In this document: positions 51,286-64,000 of the stretch, in pieces
How the letters are laid out: the number at the start of each line of letters is the position of its first letter
How positions within the stretch are numbered: position 1 is the stretch's first letter
Source of the DNA: Blasia pusilla
Lineage: Eukaryota
Length of the DNA: 64,000 nucleotides
Reading direction: 5' to 3'
NCBI GenBank assembly: GCA_050084515.1
Contig: CM114271.1
Span: 47,058,001-47,122,000 of the forward strand
Position numbers and translations under genes: made by a program
Notes under the pieces: generated by a model
Databases searched by the model: none
What the model saw: only the letters and a program-made list of their open reading frames with translations
Told to the model about the DNA's origin: nothing

Positions 51286-53356
51286 CTGAGAAGGTGAGGG
51301 CATTCCCAGAGCGTGGCAGGAGAGAAAGTTTTATGGTGTCCGAAATCTGAGCCGTGCACTCCCAGAATCGAACTCTCCATAACGGAGGACCCACGAAAGC
51401 CCGGGACTCGGAGTCTGGAAATCCCTTCACTTTCTTCCTTTCTTTCAGTGGCCTGGTTACTGAAGAAGAGCCCTCATCCGGAAAGAAGCTCCAACAGAAA
51501 ACTTTCTAAATATCCCTCTCTTACTGCTGTCTGGATATTTTCTTGTGCCAAGAGGCCTCAGATTCGATATCTGGACTTCTGCCATGTAAGAGACCTCCAA
51601 ACTGAAGTTCGATATTCTCTCATGCAAGCGACCCCGAGGAATAATGAGGATGTTCTAGCCCGAGCTGGGTGGGCTGAGCCCGAGACGCTCAGCCCACCCA
51701 GCTCCAACAAGGAGGGCCCCCCCCCCCCTCTGCGGGTGTCAACCCATTTTTAACGCCCGTAAGGTATCCACATATAAATACGAATACGAAACTAGATTTG
51801 GCATACAAAATGATGAAATCAGTTCATATTTTCAAACTGACATGTGTCAGTAGGAGGAGGACGACATTTGTGTTTCGTTCTGAAGTCGTCCGGCAGTTAT
51901 TTCCCCACAAGCGGGCAGGTATTCCTCTGTAAAGCCGGCAACCTGTTCATAAGCCGGCCTTGTCCTCCCGGCAGCAGTAAAATACCGGTTTCCTGGGGAA
52001 GAACTCCCCAAAGCTTGCACCAATCTGGTTTTCTATCTGGACACTCCCGTATGTATTCATTCACCGAGCGATACGGCGAACAGTACGGACTCGTCTGAAG
52101 TTCCAATGGAGACTCTCATCTCGTGTTATGCTCATGCCCTCCCTCCCCTGAGTAAAGGGAGTGGGGCCCTTCCATGGAGTGAAGTCATGGTAAAATCGCT
52201 TCAGAAGACTTTTCACGTTTTGATTCCGAAAAGTTCTGAGACGTCATCTTGTGAGTAGAGAATATTTTGCCCATCCTCAAACTCACCCAAAGTTTTGTTT
52301 TGACTCTAGTGTGTGGATGAACTCAAAAGTTTTGAGCACCCAAAAGTTGGTTACTAATAAGGTCGATGGAGGGACTCCATTCGAGAGACTTCCAAAAAAG
52401 TTAGGGTTCGCTAACAACCGGAATGGAGCACGGATGGTGAGGATATGATGGCCAACGAAGGGCACGGTAAATCAAACTTCCCTCCCTTTAAATAGTCGCC
52501 TTTACCCATAGACGAATTGTTTTGAACGCTATGTGTGAGAGCTAGGCACGACGCAATGCGTCCAAGTTTGAGTTCGAACTCCCTTCCAAGAGTGGGGTCC
52601 ATGAGGAGATACTCGGTTGGGATCTAAGGTCCCGGAATGAGGTCCTTCGGCATATTTTCCTTAGATGTTTTTAATGTCGAGGAAGTAAGGAATACAACAA
52701 TCGGAGGCCTGTAACGGGTGGAAGACGGCCACGGGAGCAGCTTTGCGCAGTCCTCTATCCGCTGCCGCGTTACGGATTCGCCGTCAGCTTACGGACACGG
52801 ACAAAGCTCCAGCGGACTTCCGAACACACTCGGCGAGCGAATGCCTCTCGAAATGGCCATCCATGAGAGAGCGAAATTCAGAAATCCTTTTTTCTACTTG
52901 TCTCAGTCAAGAGAGACATGAAAAACTGAAGCAATCCTTTCGAGCTCCCTCTCTCAATATCCCAAAATAAATCAGTCCATCGAGAGAGCGAGGTCGAATG
53001 AAGCAATCAGAGAGAGAGAGAGAGAGAGAGAGAGGTGTCGAAATGCATTAATACCTGTGCGAGTGAAGCGAGTGCCAACCCAATCGATGGAGCTCCCTAC
53101 AATTCGCCCTCTTCTTCTTCTTCTTCTTCTTCTTCTTCTTCTCTCTCACACACAGCGAGCAGACGCCAAGCAATCTCTCTCACATTTACAACAGAGCTCC
53201 TGCCCGTCCTCCACCCAAAGCAACAGGAGCTCGCAGCGCATGGAGAGGCGGAAGTCCTACGAACGCCGAGCGACTGCGCGAGATTTGACTGAGGCCGAGT
53301 GACGACTGTAGAGCGCGACAGCCACTTCTGCCCTTCGTGCGCTTCCGCTTCTTATA
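51286..53356 (-). promoter_or_regulatory. Putative promoter, first non-coding exon and 5'-UTR intron of the ARM gene
   Basis: Minus strand: TATAAG at 53356-53351; donor CAG|GTATTA (GT at 53054-53053) followed by (CT)n; acceptor CCCTCACCTTCTCAG| (AG at 51287-51286). Inferred from signals only. Confidence 0.45.
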
Positions 53357-55784
53357 CAGTCCGCGCGATGGAGCCGATCGCAGCGGTCATATGGCTCAGC
53401 TCTCGTCGTGCGCGCGCCGCACTCATGAGGTGCTCGGACTTTGCTTCTTTCGGTTGCTCCCGTCGCCTGTGCCCCTCGGAGTTTCGCACATGCCCACCTC
53501 ATGTCCGGGGACCCGGATTTCGGGGATCCAACGGCTTGTGTCGAGCATGAGAGAACGTAGCGTGTCGATGAGCGCTCGGTGAGAGAGGTGTAAGAAACTC
53601 GTAATCTCTCAGTTAATTAATACGGTGGTCCTTGGGACCCTCCGACTTGATCTGGCAAATCTCCCCCCATTCCCTTAGAGAACCCAAGTAACATCTCCGA
53701 TGATGTGTACAACTTTTCGTTGCAATTGCTTCCTACTTGTTCATTCTTTAGTTCTTCATAATTGTTACAAGACTCTTCTCTTCATAATGGCTATCTTCTC
53801 GTAAGGATCTCAAAAAGGGGAAAAAGAAAGTCATGGGTTTAAGGTCATCTTTGGATTCTTTGTGAACTTGTAAAATATTCTTTTATGTGAGTGGTTCTAC
53901 CGTACAGAGGACTTGCCATTGGATGCCACCTAATCAACTAAATATCATGGTTTCACATTGACCATTGGAGGTAAGGGTGGTGGATTTAAGAGTATGAATA
54001 GACCCTTCTAAATTTTTGAAGGGTTTGGTTTTTTAAGCCTAATTCCATAGGATCACAAAGTATGGGACGCCACATAATCGAGCAGACACACGCCTGGCCA
54101 TGGCCGATGGAGGGGTTAGAGTGTTAAGGGCGTATTTGGGCAGTTGGGGTTGTGTATGAAATTTTGGTTTCTTACGCCTATTACCATATGGAGGGCAAAG
54201 TAATCAATTATACATGTGCTGGCCTTTTTATAGTTTTAAGGCAACATTGAATTAAGGGGAATAAGAATTTCTTCTCTTATATTTTAATTAATGCAAATCA
54301 CGTTTGGCTAGGCATTGTCACCTTTTACAATTGAGTTAGGATAAGATCACTTATCACCTCTCGGAGTATGTAGTGTAGAGCCAACTCTAAACTTTCTCGT
54401 GTTGAAAAGATACATATATAGAGCTCTTGACTAGTAAGACTGAAAATTTTTCCTATCTCAAAAAAAAAGTCTTGAGATTTCTCAAACCCAAATACCAAAA
54501 CAGTGTGTCTCTTGTTACGTACATGGCATGAGTGTCATGAATTAGCACGAAAGGGTCTAAGGGCACATTTAGACATTTGTAAAAAATTCACTCATGGCTT
54601 GCTTACGGCTTGTAATTGACGATGAACAAGAAGGATGTCCGTGCAATGCACTTGAGAATGGTCGTCCTCTTTAAACTTTAATTGTACATAATCAATATTC
54701 TACATGTGACTTCGTATTAGAAACTTCCTTCCAAAAATCTTAAGAGCGGAAATTTTATATCTAAAATTAATTTTGCATGTAATTTGATCACATCTAATCT
54801 TCAATGTATTGTTTCCAAATGTAGATTTTTTTTGGATTTTTCAACGTTCAAATTTTAAGAAAATTGGTATTGGTGCATGTGTTTTGACAATATTTTCCAT
54901 ATATGATAACTAATTTCTTTTTATACTATGAATTTCATGTAAGAAAGAACATTTTCAAGTTAGCTTTCATATAATGCAAATGTATTGCTCACTTTTAAAT
55001 GATAAATGGATGATATAATTCCTAACGAAGTGCATACGTTGGATACTTATAAAACCATTCAAGGCTAAATTAGATTAGGCCTATGGTGTTAAAGGGTGAG
55101 TGAATTCGGCTTGCCTTAATTTAAAATTTAAAGTAGAAGGGTGGAAATAAAATCAATTATGGAGACCCTACTCAATCAAAATGCTTTATTAGCCTTAAAT
55201 TATAAATCATATGAATGGGGAGGATGGATTTCTCTTAAAATATACGCATAAAAGTGATATTTTACAAGCTCATAAATGTGCCATATGTCGATGCAAGCCC
55301 TAATAAATTTTGATAGGGGGAATGTCCCCTTTTTCCATTCAGGGCCGATTTTGGCCTTTGGATACTTGACTCTTTGGGTGATCATGTTGTATTTTTCGGA
55401 TGGGTTTTCCATCAAGCATATTTATTGAGGTTCATCTTTAAAAAATAACTATCTTGAATGGCACCCCATTTCGAACCGTTATGGAAAGAGCAGATCCTAT
55501 CATTTCAAAATAGGAAGGCCCTTTATGGGAATGGGATTTCATACTTATTGATATAAATGAAGCCCTCTACCATTAAAAAATGTTGTATACTTCGATTTTC
55601 TACAACTACAAACCGATCCATCTCATTGGCAGACAAGATAGTGCTAGTCCTACTAATATTTCATACACATCATAGAATGGTTTGGCACTAAATCAAATAA
55701 GACATATTACTCCATTCTCTATTGTCTCTATTCTACTATTAAAATAAAATAGTGTTTTCTAGGCCCAAAAATATGATAGAAATA

Positions 55785-55955
55785 TCTAGATTATTATTAG
55801 AGAATGCCTTCTTGATTTGCAAACACATGTCTCTTGACATGTGGTATTTGGGCAATAAGAAAATGTTTTTAATATTACATGCATAAAAAAAAATGATTTT
55901 ATGTACAACATAATTAGTCCTTTCACTCCCGTACACCGCACGAACCGTACACTAA
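55785..55955 (+). mobile_element. Non-autonomous mini-Helitron (171 bp)
   Basis: A|TCTAGATTATTATTAGAGAATGCCTTCTTGATTTGCAAACACATGTC ... CCCGTACACCGCACGAACCGTACACTAA|T. Colinear with the 10415 copy. Confidence 0.85.
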
Positions 55956-57594
55956 TATTTACTAATTGAAAGTCTATATTGTTGTTAGAAGCATCTATTG
56001 ATACTTGACCCTCTCATCCAATAACATCATTAGACTACTAAGCCAATGAGATTACTTAAAATTGATTAATTTTTTTTAAAAAAATTTGAAAGATTAAGTA
56101 TCATTGAGGAGATAATTTTTTAGTTGGATATTTTCTGGTACACCAGTAAATTATTATATTCGTATAAAAAACTAAAATCCGGGACCAAATCCTATGGACA
56201 CGTGGAAGTGGCATGAAGGAGATAATCACTGAGAAGATAGTTAATTAGAAGCGGGAGTAATCTGCCTCTCCAGTCGCGCTTATTCAAGTACACGTCAGCT
56301 CCAAATCCGCCAGTCACAGCCATCTCACCTTTTTGAGTGTTTTCCCGCTTTGTGGTCTTCGCACTACACTGTAAGCGGCCGTTACTGAGACTGCCATCTC
56401 CACCCTTGATATCACATCCACGCTCCCGCGAGCACATGGCCTGTCGCTACCCATCGTCCAATCGGAGGACGTGGACCCTTATGGCATCCACGTCAACCTC
56501 CATCCGGTCGGGTACAGGATCTTCCAGCGAATAGCGGAGCTGATGTCGCTGGCTGCGCGCGCAGTAAGCAGGATACATTGGGCAACATCACGACGGCGAC
56601 GCGTGTCTCAAAGAGTTTGGACGACGGCGTCCCTAATCGGAGGGACAGGGCAGTGAAAGACGGAGACAGTCGAACTGCGGTAGTAACAAGTGAACGGAGC
56701 ATGAGAACCACGTAGCCATTTTCGGAAAACAATATTGTGCTATTTCCCCTACTTCTGTAGATATTTTTTATTGAGCTTAAGGGGCACTTTTATTACGTTT
56801 CATTATGTGGGACAAAGACTATTGGGCATCGATTTTTTCGTGTTTAGTGCGTTTCTATGAAAGCACTTTTGGTTTTAAGGGAGTCTATTTCATGAAGAAG
56901 TGGTTTTGATTTCTTCTTGCGTGTAGATCTAGAGAGTGACACGAGAGATATGGGAAGCACAATCAATGCTAATTTCTTTTCAATCATTGGAACGTAAGAA
57001 AACAATTACAGGAGGGGAATTTGGGTTGGAAATTAGATTAGGTGAAAAAAATTGTGGTTTCAAATTCATCCTTTTTCACCACATAAGTACCTTCAATGAG
57101 TGAACATCCCACCACACCTTCCACAACCTTAGAAGGGCTTAAACTCCAAGGACACCCTAAAATTATAGCTCCTTTTTCCACAAAACTTATCAAACTTAGG
57201 AGTAGAGGGATATTAGATGGTCGATGAAATGCTCACTTGAACTTAAGTCTAATACGTATCTTCACATCACTCAACAATTGCAAGCTTAGTTGGTACACCA
57301 TTCAAGGAATGCACAACATCTAACACCCCTTCACCCCCACTCACAAGAATGCAAGCTTGGCGACAATCAAGGCGCGAGTAGAGTTGCATATGGCTTAATT
57401 GTAGATAAAATGTGTGACATTTCATTTTTTTAGTATGTTACCATAGAATTTGCAAGCCTAAATACTAAAATGCCATAAAAATCTCATACTAAGTTAAAAC
57501 GAGTTGATAAAAAATATGCAAAATGAGTGCAAACTAAGTGTTCATTAATTAGGTGAATGAAAAAAAAATGACACTCACACTTAGTGTGCACCAA

Positions 57595-57895
57595 GGTAGC
57601 ATGTGGACAAGGGTGTGTCCACGGACCCGTCTATGTCCGTGGACTTACACCTATCTTATGGAAGGATTTTTCCATGTGGATCCCTCTTTCCCCTTCTTTC
57701 TCATTCCCGCCATTTGCCAATATGTTCCATACTTTATAGTTTCTTCCTCCCTCCATCCTTACTACTTCCTCCTTATTGCCCTACTCAGCTTTGCCCTAAT
57801 TTCCATCATGAACTGTAAATATGGGCCCAACCTCTTGTAATCTATGTCCATAGACATGTTCAGACTTGTGCGTCCATCTCCCTCCTCGGGACGGA
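57595..57895 (+). repeat. Dispersed repeat (sister of 25245-25532)
   Basis: Matches the 25245 copy. Contains a short inverted pair GTCCACGGAC / GTCCGTGGAC. Confidence 0.8.
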
Positions 57896-59074
57896 GTTGC
57901 AAATATCCACTTTTGTGCAACCATGGTATGCACTATCCACCCGCTTTACTTTTATGACTAGACGACCTTTGTCCAAGAAAAATGGTCAAATTGGTTTCGG
58001 AGCTCGAGTTTGTGACACCTCATTAATAATTTGTACCTCAATTGGACTTCACATTGTTTCTCCATGAGAGGATTTAATTACAACTCCTTGCCTTCCTCAT
58101 TACCATATATAGTAAGGAATTCGAAGTTATGGCTTGCGGATATTTTTTTCCCAAAATTTTTTTGAAGGATATTTGAGTATTTCTCTCATCATAACCTCCT
58201 TGTTATACTTTTTCTTCTTCTCTTCTCGTCATCTCCTTTTTTGAAATTAGAAGGAAAATGAAGGGTCTTTATTTCTTAGAAATCTTTTCATAACCTCTTC
58301 AAATAGACCGACTTTTGTCCAAAAAGCCCTCCAAAGAAGTTGAAAGAATCCTTTCCCCGCTTTCCTAACCCTAAGGAGAGAAAGCACGACTAAAATGAAA
58401 ATAGACGACATAATCATTACACCAAAAGCTCCTAAAATGAAGACACTCCCAAATAAATAAATAAAAAATCCAAAAAAAACTAAACTGGAAAACTTCACGA
58501 CATAAAAACTCAAAAATTGAATGGCCTCCAAATCACAAGCCAAAAACATTCCTCCGGAAAAGCAGACTTTCCGATACCTTGTCGGAATAGAACTCAAATC
58601 AGCGACGGGTAAAACCGTGTCATTTTTACTGTTACGCATGAGTCCGTCCGAGTCCGTCGGATCGCGTAACTGCCCGTTACTGTAGTGCGGCCCGAAAGTC
58701 CTGTTGCTTGGGACAGTCGTGGCCGGAGGGACGTCAGCACATGGCACGTCAACTGAGTCAGTGCGCAGTAGTAGAGTAGCGTTCGGTCTACGGTTGAACT
58801 GGCCACACGTGGAATGAAAAAGGCCTTTTTGGCTTCTTGACAAGACAGTTGAAAGTGGGACTGCGCTTTCGGGCTGTGTCGGGAAGCGATGGGAAAAGTT
58901 CTGATATGCATGACGTGTTGCCGATGTGTGCAGGATAGTTGGCGTCATCATGAGGTTTTTTATTTTAAAATTTATCCGTAAAAGTTAATTGAGCATCAAC
59001 AATTATGATGATGATTTGGGCATTGTTAGTATTTTTTAATATTAATATTTTTTAATGGATATGTTAATTTTAAA

Positions 59075-59243
59075 TCTATATTATTATTGGACACTTTTTT
59101 TTTTATAAACACTTGTAGGTTTGATACTTGAAAATTGAATAGCAGCAAGAAAATATTTTCCAAAATACGCGCAAAGTTTTTTTTGAATTTGAGTGAACAT
59201 CATTGGTCCCTTAACCCCCGTGCATCGCACGAACTTATACTAG
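59075..59243 (+). mobile_element. Non-autonomous mini-Helitron (169 bp)
   Basis: A|TCTATATTATTATTGG ... CGTGC-ATC-GCACG hairpin ... TTATACTAG|T. Confidence 0.85.
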
Positions 59244-60856
59244 TAAGTTGGGTATTAGTCTCCCAAGTAGGGGAGGTATGGAAAGTATTAACACGAAAAG
59301 ATCTAACTAATACAATTCACATCTCTATTCACATCGGACATACGATTGAGAAGTTACTTGCTGAATAATTTGCATTCTACAACATATGCACTCGGAAGTG
59401 ACTCCTAGCGAGGGTTGTAATTAAAATGAGAAAACAAAGAATACGTTTCATAATTTTAATTTATAAATATATATTATTTTCACTTCTTTCTATATATATA
59501 TATATATATTTTCTACATGTTCAATTATGAGGGTCCATTGGACATCGCTCATGTCTAGAGGCTTCACACATGATAATCTTTCATTCCACTAAATGGTCTA
59601 GGCCTGTTGTGGCCTTCATGTACTCGACTCTTTGAATCCCCACTTTTTTTTTATTCCATATGGTTTTCCATCACCCGCTTTTTTTACTCCTCTTTCTTGC
59701 TAAATGGTTGGAAACATCCAGCAAAAAGTTCTCAAATGAAATTTCCATTTTCTAAAAAGAATGATGGAAGTCATGTCCAAAAGAATGTTACCAAAATTAT
59801 TTTATGGAGATTTACTCATAAATATCAATAAGATAGGGATGGTTGAAATTTCTAATCGGACATTTGTATGAAGATTTCCACCTGAAAATATTGGCCAAGA
59901 TTTTTTCTCCAAAAATCATCATTCTAATTGTTTGCAAAACTAAAGCAAATCACCTTTCAAAAATTCTCTTTTCTCTTTCCCTCAAGCTTTCCCTTTCATG
60001 CACAATTTCATGTTTCCTATCGTAATCTTCTCCATCCATCCACTCACCACAACACTAAAGTACAAGTATAGGTTAAATAGGGAGACCTCGATAACAACTT
60101 TTCCAACCATGATGCCAATGGTGTCTGTACGTGCCTCAAATTATTAAAGTTAAATTTCTTCTTGATTTTTTTTCCCATATTTTTTATGGATCTTTTTTTA
60201 TTTCAAAAGACTTGTTGGATTGTCTAATAAAATATCCTTTTTCTTTAATTTAAGAGAGGAACTCCTATTTTTTCTATAGAAATTATCCTAAATATTTAAA
60301 TCCATGTAAAAAATCTTTTTTGTTACAATTGATGTAAAAAAACTAGTGATCTAACCACTCCTTGATAGAAACCACGAGATGCACAATCATATATATTTTC
60401 ACGTCCTTTCAAATATAGATGATACCATTTCAATTAGAAATCATTTCGAGAGTGTTTTGAGCATCAAAAGATTTTGCACTGGACTCATAAAATTGGATGC
60501 TATTTTACTACATACCCCGGAAACATGCATAGAATTTGCGAGTCCAATTTGTCATTTTTAGGTCTTTTTATTAGCTTGAAATTGGCCCACATGATACACA
60601 AGTCTTGCAACTGACTACCTTACATAATATAATTTTTTGGGTGTACCACAAGGTCTGTCCTACCACAAAGCTCATTCCCATTTAATTCATCTTAAATTCA
60701 GCCATAGTTCGTTCATGATCCCACTACTTGGAAATAGATGAAAAAGATACAAAACCAAACATGTTATATTTCACATGGATTAGTTATCCTTGCATTAGAA
60801 CTTCTAGTCCTACACACTTTGAATTCATTTCAGCTAATTTAGAAGTGAGTGTTAAG

Positions 60857-63800
60857 TCTATACTATTATTGGAGAGTGGAATCTCAGAATGCAAACACCT
60901 GAACATCTGACGCGTGGAAATATGGGCCAACCGAGCTACAAAAATTTCGAATTCTGAAGAGATACATCGGCACGATTCCTAACCATTGGATGATATGAGT
61001 TTAGGGCATCCGATTCGGCCTAGGATTTTGTGCGGCGCACATCATATTAACAATTTTTTTAGGTCGATTCAAAAATTATGTCCCGAAGACAGTTAGATGT
61101 TCTCGACGAGGGGGATCCGTCGATTTAACAACCCTCACGTCCCCAAGGAGGTGTCAGGTGTCATTGCTTCCGGGAACCTTGGAACTATATATTTCTTTCG
61201 AATTTGAAATCCCTACAACTACAGTGCGCCCTTCAGCCGCTCAGGTAACTTTTGTTTGCGTTTAGTCATTTATAGTGCATTCATAAACACGCCTTTCAAG
61301 CTATTATTGCTTTTGCTCTTGAATTTGAACCTTTATTCATGTATGTTAAGATAATTCGATACGCCTATAGAAGCCACTCAAGCTTATTTGCCATTGGCTA
61401 CTCTCGATCAACTTTATTGATGCATAAACATGCATGGAAAATACATCCATGGGTTAGAAACGAGATGCTATTTTTGATCTAGGGAAGGTTCCACTTAGAG
61501 TGAATGCTAACTTCTGACGTGTTGCATTGCCTCCTTTTTCAAAGCTCCGAGTGCCAACTGCTACACCAACTTCAACTAAGCTCCAGCTTGCAACTCCAAC
61601 TCTTCTGGCCACTCCTACAATGTGCACAACAGAAACTCGCTTCAAGGAAAAATGGGATGGCAACGAGGATAACAACAAAGAAATCTACACATGCAAAGGG
61701 AAAGAGTGTTACCAAGGTAACTTCTTCAAAGAAACATTTTGGTGTGAAGGCACCTGATTAGGAGCCAATAGACTCAAAATGGTCACCAAGATTTGAAGAC
61801 GAGTGTATACGTCTGAGTAAGTGGAGGAAGTTCCACTTCGGGATTAGTGCTCCTTGGGGAGAGAGACTAATCCCCGAGCACCCTCCAGGGTTTGAAGGTG
61901 CTATAAAAGATTCTCTACCTGTTAGAGAAGGGGACGCACCATCCGACAAGGGTTATTTAGGACTCAACCTAAAACATTCTAGGAAGACACCGATCATGAA
62001 AGACTCAACCGCAGACACAATCTACCAATCGAGAGCTCTCATCCAAGAGCACAAAAGTAAGGCAGCATGAGCCACAAGGGAGCACGGCCAAGAATCCCAA
62101 GTCGCGGAACCTGCACGAGCACGCTGCACCATGAGCAACTTTCAAACGGCACGGCAAAAGCACGAGAATGGAGAAAAAACAAGCACGGGCATGGAAAGAG
62201 TGAGCACGAGCACGAGCCGGAGAGGGAGAGCGGAGCGGAGGGCATCGCCGCGGCTGCGTGAAGCGAGTGTAATCTCCTCCTACTTAGGATGTAATCTCCT
62301 CCCACTTTTTGATGACTACTTCTTGATGATTACATCAACCTTATTACCTGGTCAATCAACTACGGATCGACCAAATCTGGTTGTGCAGGTTTTTGAGAAG
62401 ATAAAGGAGTTGTTACTTATCATTGAGAAGAAAATCTTGGGTCGAGTTGTAGGATGCATCCATGTTGTGGAATTTCAAAAAATAGGTCTCCTGCACATGC
62501 ACGTCCTTATTATTTTAGATCATGAGGATAAACCACGAAATCCTTGATCAATCTACCCATCCAAGATTATATTCTACTGTCGCTAATTGCATGCTTCACG
62601 GACCATGTAGAGCATTAAATCCAAATGCACCATGTATGGACAAGGAAACAAAAAAATGTACCAAAGGCTATCCTAATCCTTTTGCAGTGAGTACCACACA
62701 GCCGGAAGATGGTTACCCAATCTATCATTGTTAAGAAACTTTTCCTCTTGGCTTATTTTTATGACTATAAGGGTTATGACGTCAATGTGATGATTTCATG
62801 CTTTGTAATTGTGTTTTTGTAGATTGGAGAATGGAAGGGCGATACTTAAGTGCGAACATTCATTGGATAATTGTTGGGTTGTGCCCTACAATCCTATATT
62901 GTGCGTCCTCTTTGATTGTCACACTAATTTGGAGATTACAAGTAGTGTTTCTGCCGTCAATATTTATACAAATATGTATATAAGGGGTCTGATGTTGTAT
63001 CATTTAAGTTGTCAAAGGATATATCTAACGCAATCAACACTATTGACAAGACAACGTCATATCTTGATGCAAGGTAAGATTGTGTTATTTGATTATTGTG
63101 TTGCATGATATTTTATTTCTCGACTTTACTTCATGATCTTTACTTGAATACTTGGAATTATTATTTTTCCAGATATATATCTTTTTCAAAGGCGTGTTGG
63201 CGACTCTTCAAGTTTAGTCTACATGCTGAACTTCCAAGTATTGTACGATTACCAGTTCATCTTCCACAAAAAAAAATTATCTACTTCAATGATGTTGATG
63301 CTCCTCAAGAGGTTTTGCAACTAAGTAGGGAGACGACTTTGACACAATTTTTTGCAACCAATCTATCTGATTGCACTGCCCAATAGAATCTATATATAGA
63401 TTTCCCATCATGTTATCGTTGGAGTAACAAGACATGGATTCGTCGGATACAAAAAAGAAATGGTTGTGGTCATCCTATTGGCCCCTTATACCTTACTCAT
63501 CCAGGTGAGTACTCAACATTTATTGTGTACGCTTGCTTTTACTTTCCACCATCTAAAGTGATGTGTTTATCTTAGGATGAACTAATTTTTTTCACTTCTT
63601 CATAGGTGAAGGAGAACGCCATTGGTTGAGATTACTTCTCCATCATATTCGAGGAGCAACAACATATGAATGCTTGAAAACTATCAATGGAATATTATGT
63701 CCAACATTTAAGGAGGCTGCTATCCAATTGGGACTTCTTGAGGATGATAGGGAAGTGTTCTCTTGCTTACAAGAAGCTTCTACAATCCTTATAGGTTCTT

Positions 63801-64000
63801 CACTTTGGCATCTATTTGCAATTATTCTAGCGTACAACACACTTGCTCAACCTACAACCTTATGGAGTCAATTCTTGGTTCTACTAGTAGAAGATCTCAT
63901 ATATGAACGACGTCAGGTAAGCATTCATTATTGTCATTCCTTACATCATTAGTTTTAATTCTTCTTTTGAGCATGCAAGAAACTAACCATGATTTGGACC
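60857..64000 (+). mobile_element. Helitron with intron-containing Rep(Hel) pseudogene; runs off the end of the window
   Basis: 5' end TCTATACTATTATTGGAGAGTG at 60857. Rep motifs LLPGQSTTDRP, HUH motif VVEFQKIGLLHMHVLI, MLHGPC..NPNAPCM..KCTKGYP, DNCWVVPYNP, frameshifted YLYKYVYKG (~62956-62993), RYIS..ACWRLF, VRLPVHLP, RLLLHHIRGA, TFKEAAIQLGLLEDD. GT-AG introns at 63074-63172 and 63505-63605; donor at 63917. Confidence 0.92.
61743..62325 (+). mobile_element. Possible LTR fragment nested in the Helitron
   Basis: Begins with TG, contains CTATAAAA, GCACG repeats and a duplicated TGTAATCTCCTCC. Composition differs from the flanks, and Rep coding resumes abruptly at ~62329. No CA end or TSD found. 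Confidence 0.35.

Noticed and set aside
58247..58951. 234-aa minus-strand ORF with a hydrophobic tail
   Set aside because: It spans a GC island into T-rich sequence, and the hydrophobicity comes from poly-T. No motif or codon bias.

Overview
Eukaryotic (land-plant) nuclear DNA. The CRIB-containing RopGAP is a plant-type protein; a non-seed plant is my guess, based only on the CRE-like retroelement and the very GC-rich genes. Two apparently intact, convergent genes lie in a GC/CpG-rich block at ~39.5-53.6 kb: a 5-exon RopGAP (+, 42663-45306) and a plant ARM-repeat/BLE2-type protein with predicted N-terminal membrane segments (-, 50843-48034, needing one intron or frameshift). The rest is AT-rich, decayed transposon sequence: a PIF/Harbinger transposase pseudogene with a convergent partner ORF, a near full-length degenerate CRE-clade (RLE-type) non-LTR retrotransposon, an intron-containing Helitron Rep pseudogene with a matching ~170-bp mini-Helitron family (including a tandem array with doubled 3' ends), a TIR MITE family, several minisatellites and a 53-bp near-perfect foldback. 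I found no tRNA, rRNA or CRISPR array and no clear wholly new system. The best leads are the Helitron end-bypass array, the CRE element, the foldback, a possible alternative RopGAP terminal exon and orphan CpG-rich islands. All calls were made by eye, without database searches.
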